Positions 12,618-25,600 of a stretch of DNA of 64,000 nt are shown in pieces. Source of the stretch: Antedon mediterranea. Its lineage: Eukaryota; Animalia; Echinodermata. Each line of letters opens with the position of its first letter. Within the stretch, counting starts at the first letter, position 1. The stretch is taken from contig NC_092677.1 in the NCBI RefSeq assembly GCF_964355755.1, forward strand, positions 15,646,101-15,710,100. Reading direction: 5' to 3'. The position numbers were made by a program, and so were the translations under genes. The notes beneath the pieces are model-generated. The model made no database searches and was not told where the DNA came from. It was given only the letters and a program-made list of their open reading frames with translations.

Positions 12618-13233
12618 TGTCTTTAATTTAATCTGGAAAAAAATGATTTCAATACTATAATTACAAATAATAAATTAACAAGTCTTATTGTAATCCGATA
12701 TTCCAAGTGATTTTTTGTCTGACCAGCTTTTTTTTTGTTGTGATTTTTTAACTGCCTCAGGCTAAACCGGTTTTGTGGTTCATAATCATTTTCCTGCTGC
12801 ACAGATAAGATCTTATATTTAAAACAGATTGGATATTCCAGTTATTGAATACATTTATACCATTTACTGTCAAGCTTTATGGTAGTAAAAAAAAAAATAA
12901 ATAAAAGTTTGAATAGATGTACTTCTAAACAATTAATTAAACACGGTAGGGTATGTGGGACAGCAAGGTAACATCCTTACCCCATTATATGATAAATGAA
13001 GCATCTTATTAATATATCAAAACAATTAAAGTAAAAAGGGGTTGTACTTTTTGTACGAATATTGTGTTGAATTGCCTTTTATTTTAGGTTCTAGTTTAAC
13101 ATCATAACATACTGTCTGATGAGAGTTTTAACTTGTTTTGTTGCAATCCTGAATTCCTATTACAATACTGTAGCGTAATGCTATGTAGCATTTCCCTGCT
13201 AACATGTAATTTGCTCACTAGTTTGCATAGTAT

Positions 13234-13503
13234 TAGTGTAGCATTCACCCACTACAATTCGAATGCTAGTGTAGCATTCACCCACTACCATTCGAATGCT
13301 AGTGTAGCATTCACCCACTAGCATTCGAATGCTAGTGTAGCATTCACCCACTAGCATTTGAATGCTAGTGTAGCATTCACCCACTAGCAATCGAATGCTA
13401 GTGTAGCAATGCATTCACCCACTAGCATTCGAATGCTAGTGTAGCATTCACCCACTAGCATTCGAATGCTAGTGTAGCATTCACCCACTAGCATTCGAAT
13501 GCT
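13234..13503. repeat. 33-bp minisatellite (about 8 copies) containing a 22-bp perfect palindrome
   Basis: Unit TAGCATTCACC-CACTAGCATTCGAATGCTAGTG; degenerate GCATTCGAATGC cores continue to about 13705. Confidence 0.95.
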
Positions 13504-13705
13504 TAAAGCTCATTTAAATAATTCGGCTCCCTGGAAGGCTTAGCGAAGGCTTAGCGAATGCTAAGAAGCATTCGAAGGCTAAATTCAGTTATTGAATGCT
13601 TATATACCACTAGTATTCAAATGCTAAGTATTAGCCCTTCGAATGCCAATAATAGCATTCCAAGAGTAGCATTCGAATGCTTTGTGAATGGTAAGCGAAG
13701 GCATT

Positions 13706-13873
13706 CAGCCTCCAATCAGAAAGGAAGCTCTCAAAAATTCTATCAAAAACAGGCATGATGGATATAGGCCTATGTTCATTAGGTGTAGAAGCCTTTGGCT
13801 TTTTGGGTACAAGAGTAATGATGGCATTCTTCCAGATAGATGGGAAATTATTATCCTTGAGGCAACAATTCAA
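13706..13873 (-). mobile_element. Non-LTR retrotransposon reverse-transcriptase fragment (CR1/L2/Jockey-like)
   Basis: NCCLKDNNFPSIWKNAIITLVPKKPKASTPNEHRPISIMPVFDRIFE matches the P..WK.A.I..(I/V)PK...YRPIS......K.FE motif at the start of the RT domain. Confidence 0.85.
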
Positions 13874-14737
13874 TTGGCTAATCTAAAGTGTAAATAGTAC
13901 TATAGTATAGCTACAACAATTATTCATGATCTATACACTCACCGTTGTCTACTTCTTGTGGGAATAATAATATATAGTAACAGACAAGGTACTTCATTTG
14001 TTAATGGTTAAATTTGCCTTGAGTATATAGTTTTTAAAACGAGCGCTAGGTAACATATCGCAACTATACATAGCCAACCAATCCCGGATCTGGGATCGCA
14101 TTTTTTAAATGATTATGCCCCGTAATTGGATGTGATGTGGATGATATAACCACTAGCCAATCACCAGGCACTACAATTTAAATATATTCACATCGATTTA
14201 TGAAGAAACCAATGCTTAGCCACCATATATTAAAAATATGTTTGTTGTACTTGAGACCACAAGACACGGTAATAATATACATGGTCAAATGCATAATTAA
14301 ATATTCTATAGATTAACAGAATTTTTTATGACAGGAGGTGGCAGGCCAATATGATAATTCAAATATAAAAATTGCAAAAATAAACAAGACTCTAACCCAC
14401 ATGGTACGGGGATCTGACACACTCTACATATTCGGCAAAAGTTATTGTTTACATTTATTCAGCAATATAAATATATTTACATTAAAGGGATTTTACAGAG
14501 ACAAATAATTGTCTGTAGTCGTAAGACAAATATTATAACAAAGAAAAAAATATAGGCAAAAGTATAAATACATATAAAACGAACGGCGCTAGGGCCTCTA
14601 TCTAGCCTAGGCCTAGAGTAATACAAATGTGTCTCACACTCACCACGCATATATTTAATTATTATAATATGCATATTTATGAGTGAAGCACTATAGTAGT
14701 TGTAATCACAAATAGAAAATATCATTGTACAATTTAC

Positions 14738-15145
14738 CTTCTTCCTAAAGTAACCGGTCAGAAAGAAACCAAGCAACTACAGTTCAGTTTAGTTATAACT
14801 TAACAACACATCTCTGCTGCAAACCAACGTTGTTTTTATAAATATACATTTGTTATGCATGACTACACACAAGTGGGAGGAGTGGGAAAAACAGGTGGCA
14901 GCATGCGATTTATTATCAAAGCGTAGATGTTGTTGTGCAGTCACTGATCTTTGCTAGTTTTTACAATCAACAAACTAAAAATAAACTGTATTAATGTAAA
15001 ATACAGCCTCAGTTTTGATGCAAAACATTGAACAATGCAACAATTCTGTACACAAATTATCAGAAAAAGAAATGTGTATACTGCCCTCTATTTCTGTTGC
15101 ACTTGGCACGCATTCATGCGTGCAATAACAACAACAAAAGAAACG
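14738..15145. promoter_or_regulatory. Candidate bidirectional promoter region between the CD109-like gene (-) and TMEM276 (+)
   Basis: The genes are head-to-head. Outward-facing donor-like sites (GAAG|GTAAAT on - at about 14737; AAAC|GTACGT on + at about 15145) are each followed by CTAGGCCTAG-rich tracts, as in the other first introns here. Inference only. Confidence 0.35.
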
Positions 15146-15734
15146 TACGTCTCATCAATTTTATTAATACCGTTTTATTTCATTACCACCAAGTTTCTAA
15201 ATGCGCCTAGATAGAATTGTACTATATTATTACGGCAAGCTATATGTGAGATACTGTTAGTACCGGTCCTATACTACTACTACAGCTAGGCTAGGCCTAG
15301 CCTACTTTAATAGGCCGGTCCCAGCTAGGCTAGCTAGTTAGGCCTACCTACTACTAGGCTGGCAAACCAAAGCAAAGGCCACCAACACGAGGCCTAGATT
15401 TGAATTAATGATAGACCTAGCCTAGCTAGGCGATAGCTAAGCCTGACTATTCCATCATGTCACTATATACATCACTACTTATAAATGTGGATCACATTTG
15501 ATATCTATTTTTGAATCACCTCTATTTTTTAGTTCCTCTCTAAAACTAGTAGTGTAGTAGGCTAATAATAATAATGTTCCGCTCCTGACCAGGGCTAGCT
15601 AGAGGGTAGGCCTATCTATTCAATAATGCTGGCTTCCTAAGTAAGTTTCGGTATTTCACCCGCCAATAACTAATAATAATAGCTATTTACTACAGTATTA
15701 CAAATATTAATAATCTTTTTCAGAGAGCAGAACA

Positions 15735-16310
15735 ATGACTTCTGAAACTAGTGTCGCAGTATCTGATTTGGTTGTCACCCTATCTGCTGTAGGTCCAGTA
15801 TTAGCACTAGCTCAAAGTAATAAATATGCCTCAGCTGGATTCCTGCTGGTTGCTGCAGCCTCATCGTTGGGCATCTTCAGATTTGGACTAAGCCACCCTG
15901 GTAGGAGCCTTATCTACTTTCATGATCTCTTCACATGGGTGTCAAAAGGATTAGGAATGAGCCTTCTGGCAACTGGTTTTTTTTATTCAAATAATCTTCC
16001 AACCATCGGAACAATTCATCTGGTATCGGCAATAATCATCACTATCGTGCGGATTGCAAATCTTACAAACGAACAAGTTGCAGAAACGGCAACAGAAGTC
16101 GTTATGACCTCGGCGGTTGTGTCCTTTTTACTCGGTAGTCTCTATTTAAAGAATCCATTTGCAATTTTAGGAACGTTGCTTTATGCGATTTCAGGTCTGG
16201 TTGGAACAGACGGTGATATTTTACAAGTGAAACGTGTGAATTGGTTTCATTATATCTTTGCTTTTGGAACAATGACATTGATGAAAGCTTATGAATATGA
16301 AAACTCTTGA
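15735..16310 (+). CDS. TMEM276: TMEM276-like multi-pass membrane protein (191 aa, single coding exon)
   Basis: Hydrophobic 191-aa ORF preceded by the acceptor tctttttcag (ends 15723). Its N-terminus SVAVSDLVVTLSAV...ASAGFLLVAAA resembles human TMEM276 as I recall it (STALSHLVLGVVSL...AAAGFLLQVLAA), the length is similar, and it lies next to ZFTRAF1. Confidence 0.8.
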   Translation: MTSETSVAVSDLVVTLSAVGPVLALAQSNKYASAGFLLVAAASSLGIFRFGLSHPGRSLIYFHDLFTWVSKGLGMSLLATGFFYSNNLPTIGTIHLVSAIIITIVRIANLTNEQVAETATEVVMTSAVVSFLLGSLYLKNPFAILGTLLYAISGLVGTDGDILQVKRVNWFHYIFAFGTMTLMKAYEYENS

Positions 16311-18717
16311 TTACAAGGCACATATTGATAACTCAGACTTATGGAGAAATGCCATATTGATACTGTAGGCTTACATGATGCAATTGAATGTTTTAAGGTT
16401 AAACAAGCTCCCTAACCAATGTCTTCCTGGATTCCCTCAACAAACAGGCTGCTTGAATATTGTAGAAATAGCAGTAGGCCTAATAATGGTTGATAATGGG
16501 TAAATTTGAGAAGAAACCAAACAAGTGATATTAATCTGTTCTCTTCAGGTTATAAATATGCCCTACCTAGTTACTATACAAATTAGCATACGATGACATC
16601 ATTTACTTTGCAGCTGTACATAATATTCATAAATTCATTGCCATACATTACCTATTTCTTCATAATAGACATATTGATGTATAAATTATATTGTGTAATT
16701 TCTGTTAATGTATTTTAAATATAGCGCAAACAATCTTGCACTTTTGAACGTGCTTCTCCCCCAAGGGCCAAGACGATGCTGCTTTTAAGTTTTTCATTAT
16801 GTGTCCTTTCCTATACATATTATTGTTATTATAATAAATGGATGTTTCTTTTTGTAATACTGTACCATCATTTAATTAGGTTTCAGTGTTATGACCTTGT
16901 ATACAAATTATTTTGAAAAAAAAGTTGACCTTTTGAAAATAAATCTATGAATCATTGCCATACCTTTCTTCTACTTTGCATGACTATTGAACTCTATTGA
17001 GGGCATTATTTGTAATTAAATATAAATATATGTACAGTATTTACATTCGTTTACATAGAGCACAGAGAAGCTGTTTCAAATATTTTGCAAGGGAGAAAAA
17101 ACGACAATTTGACTAGTGTATTTGAAAAATATCAATAGCAAGCATCTGCTCCTCTGGTGACATTGAAATTAGACTTAAGCCTAATCTACACTAGTCTGGA
17201 AATAGCCAGTGCACACCCTTGACAAAAGCTCATCAGACTTTGGCTTAGCCTAGTCTACTTACACAAGAATACTTTACCAAATTTGAGTTTGCAAATTAAC
17301 TACAGTTTTGCTGATGTAGACTTCTGAAAACTATTTTTCTTCTGTTTTATTTGTAAAAGTTTGTCAATTTACGATGTCGATTTACACTAGCAAAGTACCT
17401 GTATAAGGAATAGCAAAACGTTTGCAGTGACAACAAAAGTTTGGTAAAGTTTACTACAGTAAACTAGGCTTTCAACCTACCTGTAAAATAATTGTGAGTA
17501 GTCTCGGTGAACACACCCTGATCTGATTAGCATACTGACAAGTGACAGCAACAGAAACAAGTCATTTCCCACAACTTAGTATTGAGTGGGCACATGTGTG
17601 GGTTTATCCAAAAAGCCACTTCATTTTAAGTTGGAAATAGTTTTTTAATATTAATTATTTTTATTTAAAATACTTCTCACAATTGCCAGGTCATTGTCAA
17701 GCCGATTCTCCAAAAATAATTTTTAATTTCCTAAAGTTCTTTTTCTGCTTTGAAAAACTGAGTGAGTAATTTAACCCCAATTTATTGGCAGCGCGGCAGA
17801 GACAGGACAAATTTTCAATAACCGGTTAAATGGCAGTCTGAAAATAATGATTAGATTCGGTGTTGCACCACTAACCGGTTATTGCTGTGCACTAAATAAA
17901 TGTTATTTGATTGACAGCTTTAGTATCTTGGACATTTGACTGTTGGATCGCATTGCATTTTGGGTAATTCAAACATTTTTCGTAACATTTTTGAAATAAA
18001 CAGTTTATTCTGCACTATATATAGCAAAATTAATTAAATAGAAAACATATTTTAGTGGCAAAACTGGCGTCGGGAAAACAATGAAAATGTACATTCAAAG
18101 CAACCGTGTCAATATTCTACTGAAGTTACTGCAGTAACCAGCATTTTGTTCACCGTATTTTATCTTTTAATGCGATTGTTTAGCAAGATTTCAATTAGAG
18201 ATTATTTCAGTGACCGAGATATACCTCTAGGCCTATATTGCAACAAGTCATTGCAGTAAAAATGTGGCTACTGCAGAAGAATTTTGATGTGATCCCTAAA
18301 ATGACAAAATTAGATCATTCTTGACTTCCCAACTCGAATGGTTTTACGTTTCTTCCTGTGACTTCTGCTAAAATGCACTTTTCCTCAGCTCGATATAAAC
18401 ACAAAGTGCAAGGCCAAATTTCTTAAATTGTTAGTTTTGCGTCTGGATTAAACAAGTTCAGTGGCCCTTTACACACACTAGAATGCTTGACGTTCACGAT
18501 TTGGCTGCAAATTTGATGAGAGAAAGGAAACTATTGCAATTTGTTAGCCTAAATTTGTTTACATAAAATTCAAGTGTATGATTTTACAATTCTTCTTGAA
18601 TAAGTGAATTTTTTGCATTTTTTCCTTTGATATGCTCAATTTTCCTTGAAAAAATGTCCATACATTGCAAGAGGGAATAGTTAACATTTATTTTTATACA
18701 ATGGGCCGGATACTTAA

Positions 18718-19045
18718 AGATGTATTGTCCCCCAAAAACATGAAAAATGAACATTATTTAAATCAGACTTTGAATATGTTATTTTGTAGTTTTAATTAAT
18801 AAAATTAATTACTTCCATAAAAAAAAACGAAAAAAAAAATGTTTTCACTTGTAAAATGACAAAATAAATAGTTAAATTCAAACAAAAATCCATTGGCTGG
18901 CAGCCAATTTGACCATTTTTTTCAGGCAAATACATTTTTTTTCGATCCAATTTTTGGTAAAAGTGGATAACTATTATGTTACATTCAAATGGAATATTCA
19001 ACAAAAAATGTTTAAAGAATTATTTTTTCAGAGGACAATACATCT
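18718..19045. mobile_element. Kolobok-type MITE (328 bp)
   Basis: TTAA|AGATGTATTGTCC...GGACAATACATCT|TTAA; interior differs from the 550-bp family. Confidence 0.8.
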
Positions 19046-19397
19046 TTAAGCACTTCTCGACATCAAGGCCATTTATTCAAGAGGGTTTAAATACTATAAA
19101 AACAGAACTATTATCATTTTAAAAAAACTAGAAAATATGTGGTAATACAACTTGTGCATTTATTGCAATTGTTCAAAATATTACTACAACCTAACAACAC
19201 ATTTTTTTGTTTCACCTCATCAATGCCTACCTTTGTTTTCCTGCTGGTGTGAACATTTATATAGAAACGTAAAAGCAATTGGGACTGATGCTCTAAATAA
19301 AATGTGGTCTTGGTAATTCAGACAGAAAATGCTTTTTTAAACCCAACCAATTTTGAGCAAGATTACTTTGTTTCATGGTTTACAATGGCATCTAATA

Positions 19398-19678
19398 CAG
19401 CAGAACCCCTATTTTGGAAAAACCAATATTTTGGAAAACCCCATATTTTAGAAAAAAAACACTATTTTAGGAAAACCCCTATTTTGGGAATACCCCACAT
19501 TTAAGAAAAATTTACATTTGTAAATTTGTATCTATCAGTGGTTTGTAGAATCAAATCAATTTTAGTTTTATATCATTATTTGTTTGTTAAAAAGAAATTC
19601 TATTTGAGGGGAAATATAAGGGGAACATTTGTTAGGTCCTGAAGGTGTCCCCCTTAATACTTAATAGGAGTTCTACTG
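19398..19678. mobile_element. Tc1/mariner-pogo-type MITE
   Basis: TA|CAGCAGAACCCCTATT ... AATAGGAGTTCTACTG|TA, with internal GGAAAACCCC-TATTTT repeats. Confidence 0.65.
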
Positions 19679-19791
19679 TAAAAACTGTCTGGATGTAAGC
19701 TAAACATTGGATTCTGTGTAATTAGACCAGTAAAGTGCCCAAACAACATATAAGTTCAACATGCAAAACACAATGATTTTTGCATTAACAG

Positions 19792-19947
19792 GGCTTGGTT
19801 GCCACTAGGATGCAAGGCAAGGACATAAGCCACTTAATGTAATTAAGTAATTTGACCCACGCATTGGATGATTCATCACGTCATGATTGGTCAGATTACT
19901 TGCTCTGCGCTTACATCTCTGTGTTGAGTTCTAGTGGGAACCAAGCT
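19792..19947. mobile_element. PIF/Harbinger-type MITE (GCTTGGTTCCCACTAG family)
   Basis: GGCTTGGTTGCCACTAG ... CTAGTGGGAACCAAGCT|TTA; relatives at about 25120-25265, 34378-34465, 61828-61880 and 62227-62407. Confidence 0.65.
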
Positions 19948-20139
19948 TTAGGGATAGTAGACTAGCTGGATGTATAGGTCAGAATGTGTTACCTGACTGA
20001 AGTAGTATAACACTCTTAAATGTTCTGATTATGAGTTCTAGTGGGAAACAAGCTTTATGGATAGTAGACTAGCTGGATGTATAGGCCAGAATGTGTTACC
20101 TAACTGAAGTAGTATAACACTCTTAAATGTTCTGATTAT
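19926..20139. repeat. Tandem duplication of about 107 bp that includes a MITE end
   Basis: GAGTTCTAGTGGGAA...GGATAGTAGACTAGCTGGATGTATAGG...AAATGTTCTGATTAT occurs twice back to back with few substitutions. Confidence 0.9.
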
Positions 20140-22040
20140 CATTACCTATTGACAGAGGATCATTAACAGCATACACACCAATTCTAATCAGTTGGTCTAT
20201 GTTTGACAGAAATAACCCAGAGAAACATAGGTCAAAACTCCTAGGTTTTTAAACATGGTTCGCCACCCAACTTAATCCAATAGTACAAAGGTTGATTACC
20301 AAAAAGTAAAACTTATAAATAAATACTGAACATATTAATAATATATTATTGGAATTAACTTAAAAATACATAAACTATTATATTTTACATATATAACTTA
20401 AGCAGAAATTAAAGTAAAAAGGAAGGATAAAAATAAATATTTAAAATAATTACTTAAAACTTATCAATTATTAATAGGTAAACACACTACTGTAGGTACT
20501 TACATAGTAAATAAAAACGGATACTTTCATGCATTTCGACACGCACTGAAGTGGTACAGCTAGGATAGGGTATGGGTTGGATAGGGTACGGGTAAAATAT
20601 GGTATGGGTAGGATAGGGTATTGAATAGGTACAGGAAGGGGAAAGATGCTGGTACTTACCATGCTAAAAAAACAGGGAAGATGTATCAAATTACCGTAGA
20701 AATACAAAGAATAAAGAAAAGACATAGGCTTCTTGTAGAATAAAATGAAAATTTCACATTTGAAATATCTTTAATATTGTTATTTAATTAAAAGTTTGGG
20801 ATGTGAGAGAAGGTGTCCAAATGTGACTTTACGTTGTAATTACATCAAGTTGAAGCAAAGTTCGAAGAGTTTAGGAGTTTGGTCCAACAAAAAATTATTA
20901 CATGGTAGGCTTTACTGTAATAACTTTATATAATAAAAGATATAGTTAATAATAATTGATAGACTCAGTGGTATAACGGTGATGAGCGCTCACTGGCTAA
21001 AACTCAGGGGCCCCAGAGCATGAGCAGCCTCAGTGCAATTGCCTAGCATTGGAGGCATTACGCCACTGTATAGGCCAAAACCTTATGTATAGTACACTAG
21101 CTTGTATTAAAATAATAGTACGGTATACAGTTATACAACCCGAAGTGCATAAAGCTTCAAAATATTGAATCACTTCTAATAGTCACTAATAAAATGCATA
21201 GGGCTTCCATTAAAAGCACTCATCGAATCTACTAATAAGGACAACTCCTTAACTACAGAGCTAAACAATCTGGACGGACGGAAATAAAAATTAGAAGCCA
21301 AAATCAGAAATTGCCGAGGTATGAAATAGCAGCCTAGATTGAGAAGCTTTTGAGATCTTTGAAACAGATATAATGCCAAGTCCAAGGAACAACTGCAAGT
21401 TTCAAGCAGGGCATAAGTTTTCATCACAATTTGCTTAGACACTAAAGTAATTAAAAAAAACATTATTATTTCAACTTATTAATTCAGTGATACCGAATAT
21501 TTTTACATTAAACTGAATATTATTTCAAGTATCAATTGTTCACTGCATATGACAAACTGGAAATTCTTTAATAAGGTGCATTGTGAGAAATGATGTGGTT
21601 TGGTAACTTATTCTAAATGATGTTTTTATAAAATAAGCCTGCCTACTCTACTCTAAATTTCTTTTTCAGAGATTGTTTAGCCTGTAGGTTCTGACATCAC
21701 CGCACATGATAGTTTGAATCATCTAGACAAAATAGCGACTATAGCTAAAAAATACATTAAATCAAGTATTGCACCCATGCACGATTTTAAATATCTTTTT
21801 GTAAAAATCACAGACGGGACCACCAGACATTTATGAGGTAAAGTGTTACTTTATAATGCTAAAGAAATCATATAAAATTTATTAATCAACTTAAGGCAAT
21901 GGGCCATCAATTACTATTTCCAAAACAAGACAATCACCCCAATACAACCGAAACCTACTTTTGAACCTCGGGCTAAGGTATGAAACAGCAATGTTATGCT
22001 ACTACAGTAAACATGCTGCCAAACTAAGAGATTGGTGTTA

Positions 22041-22410
22041 AGGTCCATTTACACTAGGACAATAACGATAGACAATAAATAGATAAACGTACTTTTACAT
22101 ACTGTACATAATATAACATAAAACAAAAGAAATCTAAACAGTTTTCATTCTAAAACTATAGGAAAACCATTTATGCTGTCTTTGATAAAAATAATATTTT
22201 TAAAACTCCAATCAAATCACGTCAAGATCAATAAAAACGTAATGTATATCATTGCTCTACTAATCACAAAGTTATTTGGTTGGACAGAATGCAGAATAGG
22301 TGGTTATCCAATTGTTCTATGATGAACATTTTTAGAATTTTGTTTTATGTAGGGAAAATGCCTATTTATTTTTTTTTATCGATCATTATTGTCCTAGTGT
22401 AAATGAGCCT
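22041..22410. mobile_element. PIF/Harbinger-type MITE about 290 bp downstream of the ZFTRAF1 stop (probable 3'UTR)
   Basis: AGGTCCATTTACACTAGGACAATAACGAT ... ATCATTATTGTCCTAGTGTAAATGAGCCT. Confidence 0.7.
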
Positions 22411-22697
22411 TTCGGATGGCCGAGTCAATTTTTTCTTGGTGGGGAGGGAGTGGTATTTAGTCATGAAAGTTTCATAATACTGTCATAGAATAATTGTTCC
22501 ATGTAGCACTTTACAATTAAAATTACGCTATGTTTAAATTTTATTAGTATAAAAAATATAGGGAAGTATAATATGCTACTACTGTGGCCTTATTTTAGAT
22601 TCCATCATTAAAATTACCAAATAGGTATAACATCTATTATATTCATTATAAATACTCTTCCTAAAATATTTACTCTATAATTGAATACACTACTATC

Positions 22698-25600
22698 TTA
22701 TTTTGGGACTTGGAACATTATTACCCGGAAATTTATAGTCTTAGAGGATAACAGTTTATTACATTCATTTGAGTCTGGTAGAGGGAGGTAATTATACGGG
22801 CATTCCGATTTATCGCTGTTGAAGTCAAAACGGTAAATTAACGGTTTGATTTTGGCATTCCCGAAAGGTCCCTTTAACACCACAAAATGGACATCTATGG
22901 AGTTACTGCTTATCTTGCTTTTTAAAACAAGCTGGTAGCTTATTTTGCGTTCCCACATCATCGTGGGGTTGCGTTGGTCATCGTTGATGCGGGCCTTGAT
23001 GACCCATTGCTGACCGAGGGCAGAGAATCTTCCGGTTTCGTAGTACAGCCTTGTAATAAAGTCATCGGTGCGATACGGTTTCATTTGAAGATCTGAAAAA
23101 GGTAATTCTAGATTGACGAGCATTCATAATCCCATGACGGGATAACATTTGAAATAACAATAGGATTGTGAATTGATGCATAATGCATTTTTTAGAAATT
23201 AAATTGTACAATGCATACAAATATGTTATTTCTGTATATATAACGTAATGTAATTATTGTTTTCAAATTAACATTAAAAAAAGATAGTGTAAAATTGATT
23301 TTATTACATTTTTATTCAAAAATCTATATGGTCTATGCCCCTCTCAACATTGATGTTTTATTTTTTTCATATTTTAAGCATTATCTTGCGTATTTGATTT
23401 ACATTTAGTTGACAATTTTGAATTATACTGAAGGAATTTGCCACTTCCTGGTAAAAGAAAAAAAAAACACAATTTTTCTAGAACTTTTATGCTATTTTCC
23501 TTCCTTCAAACATATAGTTATTGCAGGAAATAGTTTTAACCTTCGTCTAACCCCTGGCGATTTAGGTAGACTGAAAATGGCCAACATATCCGGCCAACAT
23601 TACAGTTAAATTGCTTTTGGCTCTTATCCATGTTTAATTATGAATGAGAAATTAGAATATTGTGTACAAAAACATTTTCTTTTAAAAATGGCGATGGTAC
23701 AAAGTTGGCATGTAGGCTAATAAAAAAAATAGAAGATGATCTATATTTCTGCTCCTGAGAATTTCCAATACAATTGCTTGAATCTTGGATACTGCAAATT
23801 TATATAAACATTTTTGGAGATTTCCTAGTGAAGATTATTCCTTGAAATCGTTTAGTTTTTGTATTCTTATTACATTTCTGTCAGCAAAATACTAAATATT
23901 CGATTAAAATGTAGGACTGACATTGTACTGAATTTAACCAACTTTCAGGAGAGTGAGTTTATGCAAGACAATCAAACAACAAAATTCTGAGCTCCGGAGA
24001 TCAAAGGGTTTATCTGTGTTATATTTGATGTAAAATTTACTAAATATTGAATGAATAATTGAATGAGAGAGGGAGTAAACAGATCCCTGCGGGAACCAAG
24101 GTTCCTATTTTGTTTGAAGTTTGATGAATGAAAGAATGAATTGGTAAATATATGTATAAAATAGCTGACTGCATTTGTAAAATCTCCAATGACTTAATCC
24201 ATAGTAAATAAAATGATGTCAATAATTGTAATGAACTAATAAGAATATTATTTTTAATGTAAAATATTCATGTGTGTTGATTGTCTGATGGAAATTTAAA
24301 ATTGATAATTAAAAGCAAAAAAAACACTTACAGAGCTAGACTTACTTACAGTAGGCTAGCAAACCTTACCATGATAAGTGATCTTCTCGAATGACAGCAG
24401 ATCGAATATACTCCTAAGCATCCGCATCTCCTCATTTGCCTGACGATCAATGTCCTCCAGAGCTTTCAGCACCTCAACCCCAGTTTTCTTGAGGTGACTA
24501 CACCCCTCTTCATGATCGGCTAGCTTGTGAAAGATGCCCTGCCAGGTGCAGCCGATCCGATGATATTGACATTTAGTCATTCTAAATCAGAGTGATGGAG
24601 TAAAGCTATAGAGTTAGAAAGTTGCAACGCAATGGTGTGGATCTTCAGCAGGCCCTGTTGGTTTGAAATGGTGGTTAGTAGTCCTAGCCTAACTAATCCC
24701 TCTAACAGGCTCTTAACTAGCATACTAACCTCCTCGGAAGACATCTTTGATGAATTCACACGCTGTGGTTGAAAAATACTTACCTATAAAGCTAAATTTT
24801 TCTGCACACTCGAAGAGTAAACCGTTCACTGCAAAAGCAAAACAACAGTAGGTAATCACGCGATGCATCCGAGTGCTTTCCAGGCCTGCCGGAGGGTTCT
24901 GAATGCTGCCTTTGATTTTATTAAAATTTTGATAGATTTCAAGCTTTGTAGGTTTAGAATTTGCTCTATTGTAATATTCCCATTCAGAATTTCTTTAATT
25001 GCATCAGAAAAAGTATTAAGAATTCTTTTAAAACACATGCAGAAATGTTAGGGTTGAGTGCAGTACTTGTTGAATGCAATGGGTCTTCACTGCAAGTATT
25101 TTGGATTCTTGCAAATGATTGGTTCCCACTAAGATGCAACACAAGGATGTAATCGCAATGTAAGTAAACTTGACCAATCACAAGCGGTGGATGATTAGAA
25201 CTGTCGCTTGTCATTGGTTAACTTGCTTGTGTTGCATTTACGTCCGTCCTAAGTAAAAACTAAGTTTAATGAATTATTTAAATTCTGAATAGCAATAATT
25301 ACCATATGTACTGATCAATTTGAGTTATGTAGAATAAGAGCTGTGCCAGCTATTTAGTGTGATGACTTTATTGGCATTTTTTTTGTGTACTAAATGTAAA
25401 TCTTTTCTAGCGATTTGCAACAACTGGCGACCAAACTATGTCATGTTAGTTCATTTTGCGGATGCGGGATTATTGATGTGTCCTCACTCCTCATACCATC
25501 AACACAAGTTTATGATTTCTAGATGCAGATGACGACCGACAATTGACATGACCTAGGTTGGTCGTCAGCCCTTGGTTGTCGCAAATTGAAAGCTTCCTAG

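Noticed and set aside
13116-13140. Second hammerhead candidate CTGATGAGAGTTTTAACTTG
   Set aside because: No GAAA or stem III/NUH follows; at most a truncated relic.
13234-13503. CRISPR-like array of palindromic repeats
   Set aside because: The spacers are identical 11-mers, there are no cas genes and the context is eukaryotic; it is a minisatellite. ORFs 13133-13321 and 13199-13414 are by-products of the repeat.
22414-22426. GGATGGCCGAGT, a tRNA A-box-like sequence
   Set aside because: No B box or cloverleaf follows; not a tRNA.
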